Source of the DNA: an uncultured delta proteobacterium | GTDB lineage: Bacteria > Desulfobacterota > RBG-13-43-22 | DNA: 64,000 nucleotides | Assembly: GCA_963843145.1 (NCBI GenBank) | Contig: CAWJJC010000017.1 | Coordinates: 160,001-224,000 of the forward strand | Reading direction: 5' to 3' | Shown here: piece by piece, positions 10,670 to 20,514 of the stretch | Layout: every line of letters starts with the position of its first letter | Position numbering within the stretch: the stretch's first letter is position 1 | Position numbers and translations under genes: made by a program | Notes under the pieces: model-generated | What the model saw: the letters and a program-made list of their open reading frames with translations, nothing else | Database searches by the model: none | Told to the model about the DNA's origin: nothing

Positions 10670-11992
10670 GGATAGCCCCCTCGGGAATGCGGATTTTGCC
10701 GGTGAGCAGGTTTTGGAGGAGGGATTTTTTGACCTCCTGGAGAGCGTCAACCTTCTCTTCTGACTATGCAATCAGGCTTGGTCGGCAGCCTCAATGACCT
10801 CGACGATTTCTCTTGCTCATCCTTTGCCGGGACTGCAACAGGAATTCGTTTTCAATATCGCGCTGATGCCCAATCTTCCATCAGACCGCTTGCCCGACTT
10901 GGCTTTTGCTTGAAGCCTGAGGAGGAATACTTGGACTGCCAAAGATATCGGCATGAAATGAGCTAGTTGCAGCCGTTCCGAATACTATGAATCTCAGTAC
11001 TGACACAGAAGACTCGTCAGCATATATCGATTAGCTCTTGAACTGGCATCGCTGTCTGACAATTCCACCGATCAGCCAATGTAGTCTCGGTCTTCCATTT
11101 CCACGGAGCTACAATAGAAGTCTCACGTTTGAGCCTGAAGGTGCAATAATCACCCATCGTCGATATCAACGTACGTGACCTTATATAACATCGCACTCAC
11201 CGTCATGATCAGGTGACATTCAATTACGGTCCGGACGTTAGGGCTACTCGTGGTGAAAGCCATGTCGAAGGTTTTCAACGACGTCCTTGACATAGTCCAG
11301 TCGGATGGCAATCGGTCCATCTTCGTTTCAACAAACTCCGTGAGGTCTTCCAGGCATTCCGGTGACAAAAAAGGTGTGAATCAGCGACCGCTTCAACTCC
11401 CGCGTCGCCTCCAGCTCGGCCTTGGCCTTGGCTATGGCGTCGTCGGCCAGCTTCAGCGCGGCGGCAATGCGGCGTTGTTCCTCTAGTCCCGGCCAAGGAA
11501 CAGTAGTCGCTGGTAATCGCGCCAATTGAGATTTCGCATTTGGGTGGATTGCTGCTGAACCCTCTCGATTATGCCGGTGCGTTGTAACTCGATAAAGCAT
11601 CCAACCTAAAAACTCGGGGTTACCACATTGGGATTTGGGCGAAGCACCTGAATGAAGTTGGAAACAGTCATGCCGGGTAAGTCTTCGTGATAAAACCAAT
11701 ACGACCCACCGGCTGGTCTGGTCCGCCGCCTGATCGCTCTACCAGCAGAGTCACCTTTCTGAAGGCCAAAAGTTTTTGCCTTTTCGGGCGTGAAGTAGCG
11801 AGTGGCTATATTGCTGAAGTCGAGCGCGCCGCTATTGGTGAAGTTGGTTGAACGTAGAACGGAGACGGCATATCTCACCTTCATCTGCGCCCCAATCTCC
11901 CGAAAACTGCTTCTCCAAAAGCGTTCGAAGCGGTTTTGGCCGCCAGTCAGCCGGAATATCGCCAATAATGGTGTCGTGCGATGGGTCAGCAT
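10662..11992 (-). pseudogene. hsdS: Type I R-M specificity subunit, heavily frameshifted
   Basis: Fragments in alternating frames: IGDIPADW, GDLLVERSGGG..PVGR, EEQRRIAAALKLADDAI..ELKRSLI, KKSLLQNLLTGKIRI. Confidence 0.85.
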
Positions 11993-14183
11993 TGAGAGGC
12001 CTCCATTTGAGCTGAGGCCATTTCCTTAAGAATATTTCTGCAATGCTTCCTGCGCTTTACTGGCTGCGCTTGCGGCTGTATTACGAGATTTGTCAATGCC
12101 TCATCCAACGGCACCACCTTCTCCGGCTCAAAGGTGTCCACATACCGCGGCAGATTGAGGTTGAATTCGTTCTCCTCGATCTCGGCCTTGTCCACCACGG
12201 CGAAGTAGCGGCGCGCCTCGTCTGGGTCGGCGAAGATACGGCCCAGATCGGCGGCGGCTTCCCGCAGGTGGGCGATCTCCCGCTCGGCAGCCATTTTTAT
12301 CTCCTGCTCGCGGCCGTCGCGCTCCTCCTGGAGTTTTTTCAGCTCCTTCACGGCCCTGTTCACCTGCTTAGTGCGCTCCTTGAGGGCGGCGATGAGCTTC
12401 TTGCGGGCATCTTCGAAGGCCTTTTTCGGTTGGACGAGCTTAGCTTTCAGCGCCGACTTCTCTCTGCGTCCGGCGGCGTTGATCTCGGCCTGCACCTGAT
12501 CCAGCTCAGCTTTGAGGGGAAATAACGGATGAAAGTAGGGGTGTTCGGGGCTAATGGCCTCGTCAACCGCCTTCACCTTCATATCCAGCGCATCGAGGGT
12601 GGTCTGTTCTTCCTCCAGTCTCGCCAGCGGGGCCAGCACTGGGCCGAAGGCGTCTTCAATATCTGCCAGGCGCTCGTCGCGCTGTCCCTCCACCTCGCGG
12701 ATCAGATGCGCCTCGTGTTCGGCGACCAGCACCTTGGCCTTGTCGAGATCCCCGAAGGCGTGCCAGGGGACCAGGATGCGCATCAGGTCCGAGGGGCGCA
12801 GCAGGTTCTGCGGGTTAGTCTTCTGAAAGTGGCGCGAGGCCCAGATCATCAGGGTCTTGCCCTTGCGCTCTTCAGGTTTATTTTTATTGAACAGCAGCAG
12901 GCAGGCGGGCACGCCGTTGCCGTAGAAGAGCTTGGAGGGGAGCACCACGATGCATTCGATAAGGTCAGCCTCCACGAAGCCGCGCCGGATCAGATACTCG
13001 GCATCGGCCTTCTGGTTCTGGCCGTCCTCCTCCTCGGTCTGTTCGGGCTGGCCGCGGAACAGCACTCCCTGGGACATGACCACCATGCCCTTGCCGGATT
13101 CGCCTGTTTCCGGGTTGAATTCCTTGAGCGACGCGATGATCTGCAGCAGCCAGGCCCAGTCGCCATTGGAGGTGGGCGGCAGGCCGAAGGACATGCGGCC
13201 GAATTTGTCGCCGGCGGCCACGGTATCGTGTCCCCAGTCCTCCAGCGAGAAGGGAGGATTCATGATGATGCGGTCGAACTGTTTCAGCCGATGGGCTGCC
13301 GAGAGATGGCGTGGGTCGCGGAGGCTGTCACCCTGTTTGTGGTCCCACACCGGCACGCCGTGCAGGATCATGTTGATGCGCGAAATGTTGTAGGTGACGA
13401 CGTTGGACTCCTGCCCGTGCAGGAAGAGCTGGCGTACGTCTCCCCCGTGTTTCTTCACAAAGCGGAGGCACTGCAGCAGCAGACCTCCGGAGCCGCTGGC
13501 CCAGTCGCAGATGCTCATGCCCGGCCTGGGCTCCAGCATTTCGGCCATGAGAAACCGACCTCGGCCGGAGTGTAGAATTCGCCGCTGGACTTGCCCGCCT
13601 TGCTGGCAAAGTTGCGGATCAGATACTCGTAGGCGTTGCCGAACAGGTCGTCGGAAACGTGAGCGCGGTCGAATTTCTGGCTGCCGAAGTGGTTGATCAG
13701 GTTGACCAGTTTGTCGCGTGGAAGTTCGTCCTGCTTGTTGAAATCGATCTTGCCGGTAAGGATGCCGTCGAAATTGTTCTGCCGGTGGGCGTTGGCCCGC
13801 TCGATGGCCAGCATGGCATCGTTCAGGGCCTGACCGAGCTGACCCTTGGCGGTGCGGGCGACCTTGTCCCAAGCGGCTTCTTCAGGTACGGTGAAATGAT
13901 GCAATTCCTTTTGGCGGGCGAGATATTCGGCTTGCTCATCCTTCAATCCCGAAATAGTCAATTTCGAGGCGTGTAGACGCACATCTTCCTCAAAACAGTC
14001 GTTGATCCGCTTGTAGAAAAGCAGAGCAAACACGTAGCCGCGAAACTCGGAATGATCGGCGTTGCCGCGGAGGATGTCCGCGGCCTTGTCGAGATAGTTC
14101 TCCAACTCGGCCTTGGTCATGCGCCGCGTCGGGCGAACGATAATCGGCCTATCGAGCGTGGCGAGGAGTTCGTTCAGATCCAT
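11986..14183 (-). CDS. hsdM: Type I R-M DNA methyltransferase subunit (frameshift near 13553) with long helical insertion
   Basis: [43 protein letters not shown] and NLNLPRYV. Confidence 0.92.
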
Positions 14184-14196
14184 GAATCTTCCATTC

Positions 14197-14409
14197 CTAT
14201 AAATTGAGGCTCGGCCCGATGTGCTTTTCTTTACAGAGCTGATCGAACTGCCGTCGGGCCAGCTTCGAGGGCACGGTCTTGCCGTTCTCCCAGCGATTAA
14301 CTGTGGCAAAACTCACCCCCAAGGCATGAGCGAGTTCCTCCTGAGACAACCCTAATTGTCGTCGGACATCTTTTACCAGTTCAGTAAAGTTCTCAGATGG
14401 TCGGTTCAT
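14197..14409 (-). CDS. XRE-family HTH transcriptional regulator
   Basis: [24 protein letters not shown]; immediately upstream of hsdM. Confidence 0.9.
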   Translation of the reverse strand: MNRPSENFTELVKDVRRQLGLSQEELAHALGVSFATVNRWENGKTVPSKLARRQFDQLCKEKHIGPSLNL

Positions 14410-14484
14410 TATTTTGAGTATCTTTCACTTGGGTTTAAGCAGGGCTACGCCGGGTACCTTTTTGCCATTTCATTCCATTGGAAA

Positions 14485-14512
14485 AATATAACATATGCTA
14501 TGCCTTCTGCAA
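14485..14512 (-). promoter_or_regulatory. Putative sigma70 promoter with overlapping near-palindromic operator for the XRE-hsd operon
   Basis: TTGCAG-16 bp-TATATT on the minus strand; near-palindrome ATAACATATGCTAT at 14488-14501. Confidence 0.4.
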
Positions 14513-15000
14513 GAAAAAAAGGGAATTTACAGATTTGTCGATGATGTCACATATGGATTTGCGTCAGAAAAGACGCCGGCTACCAGACAAGACGCGGGGA
14601 GCGAGGGGAGAATTGTGTTAATTTTACGATTGGTTAGAAGCTGATGCGCATCATTCCAGGTTCAGAAGTGCTCAGTCGCAAAAGTTCGTCCTGGATGAGA
14701 TTTCAGATAATGAAAAGTACTCAAGGGAGTGGCTTCCCACGGCGTGGTTCGAAACGCATCCTGGTGTTTTTGTGGAAAAGATGCCCGGCTTCGCCCGATG
14801 GGCTATGCCGTGGCAGTCTTTGTCCTCCACAGCGTTCCGAACGAAGCCAGTGGGGCGATGTCCATCACATTCTCGGAAAATCATGCCGGAATAATTACGT
14901 TTTTCAATAAATGTTTTTCAACGATACCCTCAAAAATACCCCCCATATAGCAACCGCCGATCCGCAAATTAAACATTCTGAAATTTTAATAATATAGACA

Positions 15001-15028
15001 CAAAAAAGGGACGGTAGAAACCGTCCCC
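15001..15028 (-). terminator. Rho-independent terminator after the three-gene module
   Basis: GGGACGG-TTTCTA-CCGTCCC followed by T6 on the minus strand. Confidence 0.8.
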
Positions 15029-15056
15029 AGAGGGTTGCATATTTTAATTAAAAATC

Positions 15057-15380
15057 TCACCTTTGCGAATTTAGATCCGAAACATCTCTTTCTTTTAGTT
15101 TTTTATAATATTCGGGTCCAGTAAGACTACAATCAACTAATTCATTAAAATCGTTATCTTCCAACATTAACGCCTCCGCAATCCATTTGCTTTTGGAGGA
15201 TCTCATTATTCTATCGTGTTCATTCGGAATCTTTACCTTTGTGATTAGAACTCCATCGATGTAAATATACCCTTTTTCATGGTCATTTCTACCTCGTAAA
15301 ATTATTGGTTGAACTTTTTTCTTGATGCTGTGCCTTATTTCCTTCTCGGTAAAATTCTTAATTGCCACTTTTTTTGACAA
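15057..15380 (-). CDS. Putative HicA-like toxin
   Basis: Small basic protein with G-x-x-D-H, beta strands YIYIDG/ITKVKIP.H and C-terminal FNELVDCSLT..EYYKKL, resembling extended HicA-fold proteins. Confidence 0.55.
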   Translation of the reverse strand: MSKKVAIKNFTEKEIRHSIKKKVQPIILRGRNDHEKGYIYIDGVLITKVKIPNEHDRIMRSSKSKWIAEALMLEDNDFNELVDCSLTGPEYYKKLKERDVSDLNSQR

Positions 15381-15846
15381 GTGAACAGAGGATTTTTAAC
15401 CAGGCACGTGGTTTTCCCCCCAATTTTTTTTTGGGGATGGATTGCAAATACTCATACAAGTCGAGTAATTCACCTTCCAAATCGGTCAAAGCTGAAATTT
15501 CATCGCTACCTTCGCCATAAAGTTCCAAGTCGGCTCTAATAGCGAGGACCTCGTCTTTGTACCTTTCAACTGTTGCTTCAATCAGTGTTTTTGCAGCATA
15601 TCGCTTGTCAATGAAATCGCAAATAAATGCTTCCATTGAAACAGGTTCATCCAATGCGTCAATCGTTGAGCGGTCCCCTAGGGGGTGAAGGTACTTTAAA
15701 ATGTTCTCAACCCCGGACGTGCCGGTTTGCGGCCTTACCCTAGTGGAAGTAACGGTCGCTGTAAAAGGATGATAATCGATTAGAAATTGATAAGCTCCCC
15801 GGGTATCGCAAGATGGAATTGACTGCCAATCCTCAACGTTTTTCAT
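15358..15846 (-). CDS. Putative HicB-like antitoxin with long N-terminal extension
   Basis: C-terminal half VLAIRADLELYGEGSDEISALTDLEGELLDLYEYL matches the HicB partial RNase H-fold pattern (a..pel..yG.G.t..eAl..l). Confidence 0.55.
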   Translation of the reverse strand: MKNVEDWQSIPSCDTRGAYQFLIDYHPFTATVTSTRVRPQTGTSGVENILKYLHPLGDRSTIDALDEPVSMEAFICDFIDKRYAAKTLIEATVERYKDEVLAIRADLELYGEGSDEISALTDLEGELLDLYEYLQSIPKKKLGGKPRAWLKILCSLVKKSGN

Positions 15847-16225
15847 GACTTATCTTTTCTTTCTTGTCGATGATTTTATCCAACTTCTTTATTCTATCAT
15901 CGAGCCAATTCCTCAGTATTTTGGCGGTTTCTAAGTTCATCACGATACCGGCTTCGATTTCACGGACAATACCTTGCTTTCCTACGCGCTTTAGCTCTTT
16001 TCCCAATCGTCCTTCGGGACCAACTTCATGTTCAATTATTTGAGGAGTAACTTGCCTTTGAAGGAAAAGATCCATATAAATCATTAAGTTGGGTGTTACC
16101 CCACCGAAAATGCCGTCCACATAATAACTCCGGTAGCCGGCGGTTTTAATGTAGTTAACATCAACAGTTTTTGGAGGACTTTGAACGTCCACTCTGGCAT
16201 TTTCTTTTTTCTTGGAAGAAGTCAT
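15833..16225 (-). CDS. Conserved hypothetical protein (DUF3467-like)
   Basis: YRSYYVDGIFGGVTP..IYMDLF and REIEAGIVMNLETAKILRNWL: beta-rich body plus C-terminal helix. Confidence 0.55.
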   Translation of the reverse strand: MTSSKKKENARVDVQSPPKTVDVNYIKTAGYRSYYVDGIFGGVTPNLMIYMDLFLQRQVTPQIIEHEVGPEGRLGKELKRVGKQGIVREIEAGIVMNLETAKILRNWLDDRIKKLDKIIDKKEKISHEKR

Positions 16226-16362
16226 TGTTTACCTTGAAGTATATATTGAGTAATTCCAGATACCATATCTCAAAATAGCCGTCAACATTTTTTTGGGGTA
16301 TTTTTCGGGCAGAATCATACCCTTACAATAGGCTAAGATGATGGCCCCCTCGGACAAAGGAC

Positions 16363-16392
16363 AATAAAAAACCCGCTTTTTACTGCGGGTTA
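16363..16392 (-). terminator. Terminator downstream of tmRNA
   Basis: AACCCGC-loop-GCGGGTT followed by a T-rich tail on the minus strand. Confidence 0.7.
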
Positions 16393-16424
16393 TGTCCTTC
16401 TTTGGTTTATGTTGGATTGCCTTC

Positions 16425-16775
16425 TGGTGGAGGCGGCGGGAGTCGAACCCGCGTCCGAAAATAGGTCACTTAGGCCTCTACATACTTGTCCTGGTTTTTA
16501 TTTGTTCGCCGACCCGTTTTCCACCAGGCGGGAATTCCGGCCAGCTATCCTATTTAAAGTTTCACCTTTTCGGCAACAGGCAACCCGATCCGGCTATCCT
16601 GCTAATCGACACCTCTGGTCCCTCCGCAGGCTGAAAAACCGAGGTGTTAGCCTATTAAGCGGCTAAGGCGTAGTTGTAGTCGTCTGCGACTATGTTTTCC
16701 TACCAAGTTTACGAGTTGATAGGAACTCGGTATGCCACCCAAGCTAAGTATCCCCGTCGAAACCGTTTCGCCCCC
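16425..16775 (-). ncRNA. ssrA: tmRNA, tag peptide (A)DDYNYALAA at 16655-16687
   Basis: 5' GGGGGCGAAACGGTTTCGACGGGG, 3' GTTCGACTCCCGCCGCCTCCACCA, tag ORF ending ALAA-stop, adjacent to smpB. Confidence 0.97.
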
Positions 16776-16794
16776 TTTCTTATTATTATATTTT

Positions 16795-16823
16795 ATTATA
16801 AGGTATTTTTATTAAAAAGTCAA
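16795..16823 (-). promoter_or_regulatory. Sigma70 promoter of ssrA
   Basis: TTGACT-17 bp-TATAAT. Confidence 0.8.
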
Positions 16824-16836
16824 TGCCCCACCGGCG

Positions 16837-17295
16837 TTACTTTTTACTACGCAGGTTGCGCTGCATCTCCCGCTGCTCATCCCTTTCCCGGATGGTTTCC
16901 CGCTTATCGTACAGTTTCTTCCCCTTGGCCAGAGCGACCTCCACCTTGGCCTTTCCACTCCGGAAATAAAGTTTCAGCGGGATGAGGGTCAACCCCTTGC
17001 CCTGGATTTTCCCCATGATGCGCTTGATTTCATGGCGGTGCAGCAACAGCTTTCGGACCCGGGTGGGGTCCTGTTCGCCGGCCGGCGCATTTTCATAGGG
17101 ACTGATATGGGCCTGGAGAAGCCAGATTTCCCCGCCCTTGATCTGGGCATAACTATCCTTCAGATTGGCCCGGCCCAGGCGTAAAGACTTCACTTCCGGC
17201 CCGCTCAAAGCCAATCCCGCCTCCAGGGCCTCCAGGATCTGATAATCATGATGGGCCTTCCGATTTTGGCAGATAATCTTAATGGTTTCAGCCAT
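16837..17295 (-). CDS. smpB: SsrA-binding protein
   Basis: NRKAHHDY, EAGLALSGPEVKSLR, RKLLLH and GKKLYDKRE. Confidence 0.98.
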   Translation of the reverse strand: MAETIKIICQNRKAHHDYQILEALEAGLALSGPEVKSLRLGRANLKDSYAQIKGGEIWLLQAHISPYENAPAGEQDPTRVRKLLLHRHEIKRIMGKIQGKGLTLIPLKLYFRSGKAKVEVALAKGKKLYDKRETIRERDEQREMQRNLRSKK

Positions 17296-17351
17296 GGTCG
17301 TTCAGTCTTTTACATCTTTAAAATTTGAACCAAAAATTCAAAAATTTTTGG

Positions 17352-19139
17352 TTAGGAATAGAGTAAGTTGCCGTTCGGCCCGAATAAATCCGGGAATCGC
17401 TTGGCCATCTCATGGCGCACGTACCGGTTAATCTGCCCGACGGTGGTCAAGGTCAGCACTTCCTCGACAACCCGTCGGGATTCCTGGTAGGAGATCAGGC
17501 GGATGACCTGCTTCACCCGGGGGATGGTAACGGGATTCATGCTCAACTCGTCCAATCCCAACCCCAGCAGGATGGGTATATAGAGCGGGTCGCCGGCCAT
17601 CTCGCCGCACATGGCCACCGGGATATCCGCCCGATGACCGGCCTCGATGGTCTGATGAATCAGCCGCAAAATAGCCGGATGCAGGGGCTGATACATGTGG
17701 GCCACGTGTTCGTTGACCCGGTCGATGGCCAGGGTGTATTGGATCAGATCATTCGTACCGATGCTGAAGAAATCGACCTCCCGGGCCAGCAGATCGGCCG
17801 TAGCCACCGCTGAGGGTATTTCGATCATGATCCCGATCGGGATCTTGGGATCAAAGCGAATCCCCTCGGACCGCAACTCGGCCTCCACTTCCCGCAAGAT
17901 GGCCTTGGCCTGCAATACTTCATCAACATCTGAAATCATGGGGAACAAAATTTTCAAACGGCCGTAGAGACTGGCCCGCAAAATGGCCCGAAGTTGGCGT
18001 TTGAAAATATGCACCTCCTTGAGGCAAAAACGTATGGCCCGAAGTCCCAAGGCCGGATTCATTTCCTCGGCCAATTCCATTTGAGAGACGAACTTATCCC
18101 CCCCGATATCCAGGGTTCGGATGGTTACCGGGACCGGAGCGATCCGACGGGCCACCTCCTTAAAGTTTTCATATAGGGTTTCTTCCTTGGGCAGTTCTTT
18201 TTGGCTTAAATAGAAAAATTCGGTACGAAAAAGGCCGATTCCCTCCGCCCCGCTGTCCACCACCGCCCCCAACTCTTCCATGAATTCTATGTTGGCTCGG
18301 ACCTTCACGGCGTGTCCGTCCAAGGTTACGGCCGGCAAATGACTGTAGCGGGCTATTTCCGCTCGAAATTTTTCGTAGTTTTCCTTTCTGTCCGAGTAAT
18401 CCTGGACCGTTTTCTGATCCGGATTGATGATCACCCCTCCGTTGGTGCCGTCCAGGATGATCAGACTGCCGCTGCTGAATTCCTGAGTAATCCGCTCCAG
18501 ACCCACCACCGCCGGTATTTCCAGGGATTGGGCAATAATCGCCGTGTGGGAAGTTTTCCCCCCCATATCGGTGGCAAACCCCAGGACCCGGTCCAGGCGC
18601 ATCTGGCTGGTATCCGCCGGGGAGAGGTCATGGGCGACGATAATCACCGGTTCGCGGACCTCGGACAGGCTCTCCACCTTTTTCCCGGTTAAGTTCCGGA
18701 GGATCCGTTCGGAAACATCCTCCACGTCTTTGAACCGGGAGCGGATATACTCATCCTTGATCTTGGCAAAGGCCTCCTGGGCCTTTTCCACGGACTTTTT
18801 TATGGCCCATTCGGCATTGATCTGTTCGGATCTAATCTGCTCCAGGGTATGATCAAAGAGCAGTTTATCCCGCAGGATCAGGCGATGGGAGTCGAAAATG
18901 CCGGCCTGGTCCTTGATTTCCTCCGGCATCTCCTCCTGGATCTGTCGTAGTTGTTCCTCCGCCCGATCCACGGCCTGACGGAAGCGCTCGATTTCCTCCA
19001 CGACTTTATTATCGTCCAGGAGATACTGGTAGATCACCTTGACCCGACTGCGGTCAACCAGGTAGGCCCGCCCGATGGCTACTCCGGCCGAGGCCCCGAT
19101 GCCCTTTAAAAACCGCATTGTATTCTTTTTTTGGGTCAT
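17352..19139 (-). CDS. ptsI: PTS enzyme I
   Basis: TSHTAI phospho-His, GLFRTEF, NPALGLRAIR, SIGTNDLIQY and CGEMAG. Confidence 0.97.
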   Translation of the reverse strand: MTQKKNTMRFLKGIGASAGVAIGRAYLVDRSRVKVIYQYLLDDNKVVEEIERFRQAVDRAEEQLRQIQEEMPEEIKDQAGIFDSHRLILRDKLLFDHTLEQIRSEQINAEWAIKKSVEKAQEAFAKIKDEYIRSRFKDVEDVSERILRNLTGKKVESLSEVREPVIIVAHDLSPADTSQMRLDRVLGFATDMGGKTSHTAIIAQSLEIPAVVGLERITQEFSSGSLIILDGTNGGVIINPDQKTVQDYSDRKENYEKFRAEIARYSHLPAVTLDGHAVKVRANIEFMEELGAVVDSGAEGIGLFRTEFFYLSQKELPKEETLYENFKEVARRIAPVPVTIRTLDIGGDKFVSQMELAEEMNPALGLRAIRFCLKEVHIFKRQLRAILRASLYGRLKILFPMISDVDEVLQAKAILREVEAELRSEGIRFDPKIPIGIMIEIPSAVATADLLAREVDFFSIGTNDLIQYTLAIDRVNEHVAHMYQPLHPAILRLIHQTIEAGHRADIPVAMCGEMAGDPLYIPILLGLGLDELSMNPVTIPRVKQVIRLISYQESRRVVEEVLTLTTVGQINRYVRHEMAKRFPDLFGPNGNLLYS

Positions 19140-19143
19140 GGTC

Positions 19144-19407
19144 TCAGTCTTCCCCAAACTTATCTTCAATGAGGGTCTCCACGGCCGCCATCAGCGCTTC
19201 CGCCTGTTCCCCTTCCGTGCGGACCGTAATCTTGGAACCAAAAGGACAGGCCAGGATCAATAAATTCAAAATGCTTTTCCCGTCCACTTCCTGGCCGTCA
19301 AAGCGGATAAAGAGGTCGGCCTGAAAAGGTTGGCTGATTTGAACCAATTTGGCTGAAGACCGGGCATGGAGCCCCAGTTGATTCTTGATGATAAATTGTC
19401 GTTCCAT
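19144..19407 (-). CDS. ptsH: HPr phosphocarrier protein
   Basis: GLHAR and DGKSIL motifs. Confidence 0.95.
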   Translation of the reverse strand: MERQFIIKNQLGLHARSSAKLVQISQPFQADLFIRFDGQEVDGKSILNLLILACPFGSKITVRTEGEQAEALMAAVETLIEDKFGED

Positions 19408-19414
19408 GGCTTTA

Positions 19415-20125
19415 TCAAGGAGTTTTTCCTTCGGAAGGGGCCAGGATAAGCGTTATTTCCCCCAAAACTTCTTTGTCTCCGAGGCCTTGGAGCACCTGGC
19501 TTACCGTTCCAGAAAGCAATTCTTCGTGTATTTTAGTCAACTCCCGGGTCAAAAAGACATCGATGTCTCCCAGCAAATCTCTTATTTCCGCCAATAACTT
19601 CTTAATCCGGTAGGGGGATTCATAAAGCACTACCGTTCGGCCCTGGGCGGCCATTTCCTCGAGGATTCTCCTCCTCCGGCTCTTGCGTCTGGGCAGAAAC
19701 CCCAAAAAAACGAAGGCCCCCCCTTCCATCCCCGAGACGCTAAGGGCGCAGGCCACAGCGGAGGGACCCGGAATAGGCACTACCGGGATCCCGGACTCCC
19801 GAGCCTGGCGGACCAATTCCTGACCGGGATCACTGATCCCCGGAGTACCCCCGTCGGTCACCAGGCCGACCTGCTCCCCTCGGAGCAAACGCTCTATCAG
19901 CACCCGGGATTTGCCCTGTTTATTGTACTCATGGTAGCTGGTCAGGGGCACATGGAGATCATACGCGGCCAGCAATTTCTGAGTTCTCCGGGTGTCTTCA
20001 GCGGCAATCAGGTTGGAGGTCTTCAGCACCTCCAGGGCCCTCAGGGTGATATCCTTAAGGTTTCCCAGGGGAGTCGCCACCACATAAAGGGTTCCCGGTT
20101 CGCCGGCTGCCCCGGTCCGTTCCAT
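19415..20125 (-). CDS. rsmI: 16S rRNA C1402 2'-O-methyltransferase
   Basis: ATPLGNL, AEDTR, DGGTPGISDPG and RELTKIHEE. Confidence 0.95.
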   Translation of the reverse strand: MERTGAAGEPGTLYVVATPLGNLKDITLRALEVLKTSNLIAAEDTRRTQKLLAAYDLHVPLTSYHEYNKQGKSRVLIERLLRGEQVGLVTDGGTPGISDPGQELVRQARESGIPVVPIPGPSAVACALSVSGMEGGAFVFLGFLPRRKSRRRRILEEMAAQGRTVVLYESPYRIKKLLAEIRDLLGDIDVFLTRELTKIHEELLSGTVSQVLQGLGDKEVLGEITLILAPSEGKTP

Positions 20126-20514
20126 TATCCTACCAGATCGAAGGCATTGCGAAACAATTCAATCCGCTCCCCCTGGCGCTCCAGATCGACCGCCACCACA
20201 TCAAACCGGGCCGGGCGGTCCTTCCAGGCCTTCAAATTCAAATAATACAAGGCCAACCGCGACAGCTTCATTTGCTTCTTTCGATCTACCGCCCACTTGG
20301 CCGATCCAAAGGAGGTCGACTCTCGGGTCTTAACCTCCACGAAAACCAAGGTCTGACCTTCGCGGGCGACAATATCGATTTCTCCGATGGGGGTCTTGAA
20401 ATTCCGCTCGATTATTTTATAGCCCTTCTCTTTCAATAGCGTACAGGCCAGCGCTTCTCCCCGAGCCCCCAGGTTAGGCAAAGCCCGGTCGGCAACTCCG
20501 GCGCTATTCTCCAT
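20125..20514 (-). CDS. yraN: YraN family (UPF0102) nuclease
   Basis: GARGE, GEIDIVA, VFVEVKTR and RFDVV. Confidence 0.93.
   Translation of the reverse strand: MENSAGVADRALPNLGARGEALACTLLKEKGYKIIERNFKTPIGEIDIVAREGQTLVFVEVKTRESTSFGSAKWAVDRKKQMKLSRLALYYLNLKAWKDRPARFDVVAVDLERQGERIELFRNAFDLVG

Noticed and set aside
9412-13575. Long plus-strand ORFs (369, 348 aa) antisense to hsdR/hsdM
   Set aside because: Antisense shadows caused by high GC3 codon bias.
14644-14950. Short ORFs in the R-M/TA spacer
   Set aside because: Overlapping, motif-free ORFs on both strands that coincide with a hairpin structure.
5500-16425. tmRNA-integrated prophage/ICE with att sites
   Set aside because: No integrase, no phage or conjugation genes, and no duplicate of the tmRNA 3' end found by eye.
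16392-16985. Plus-strand ORFs over ssrA/smpB and ORFs over the tRNAs (24954-25368)
   Set aside because: They overlap structural RNA genes and are spurious.
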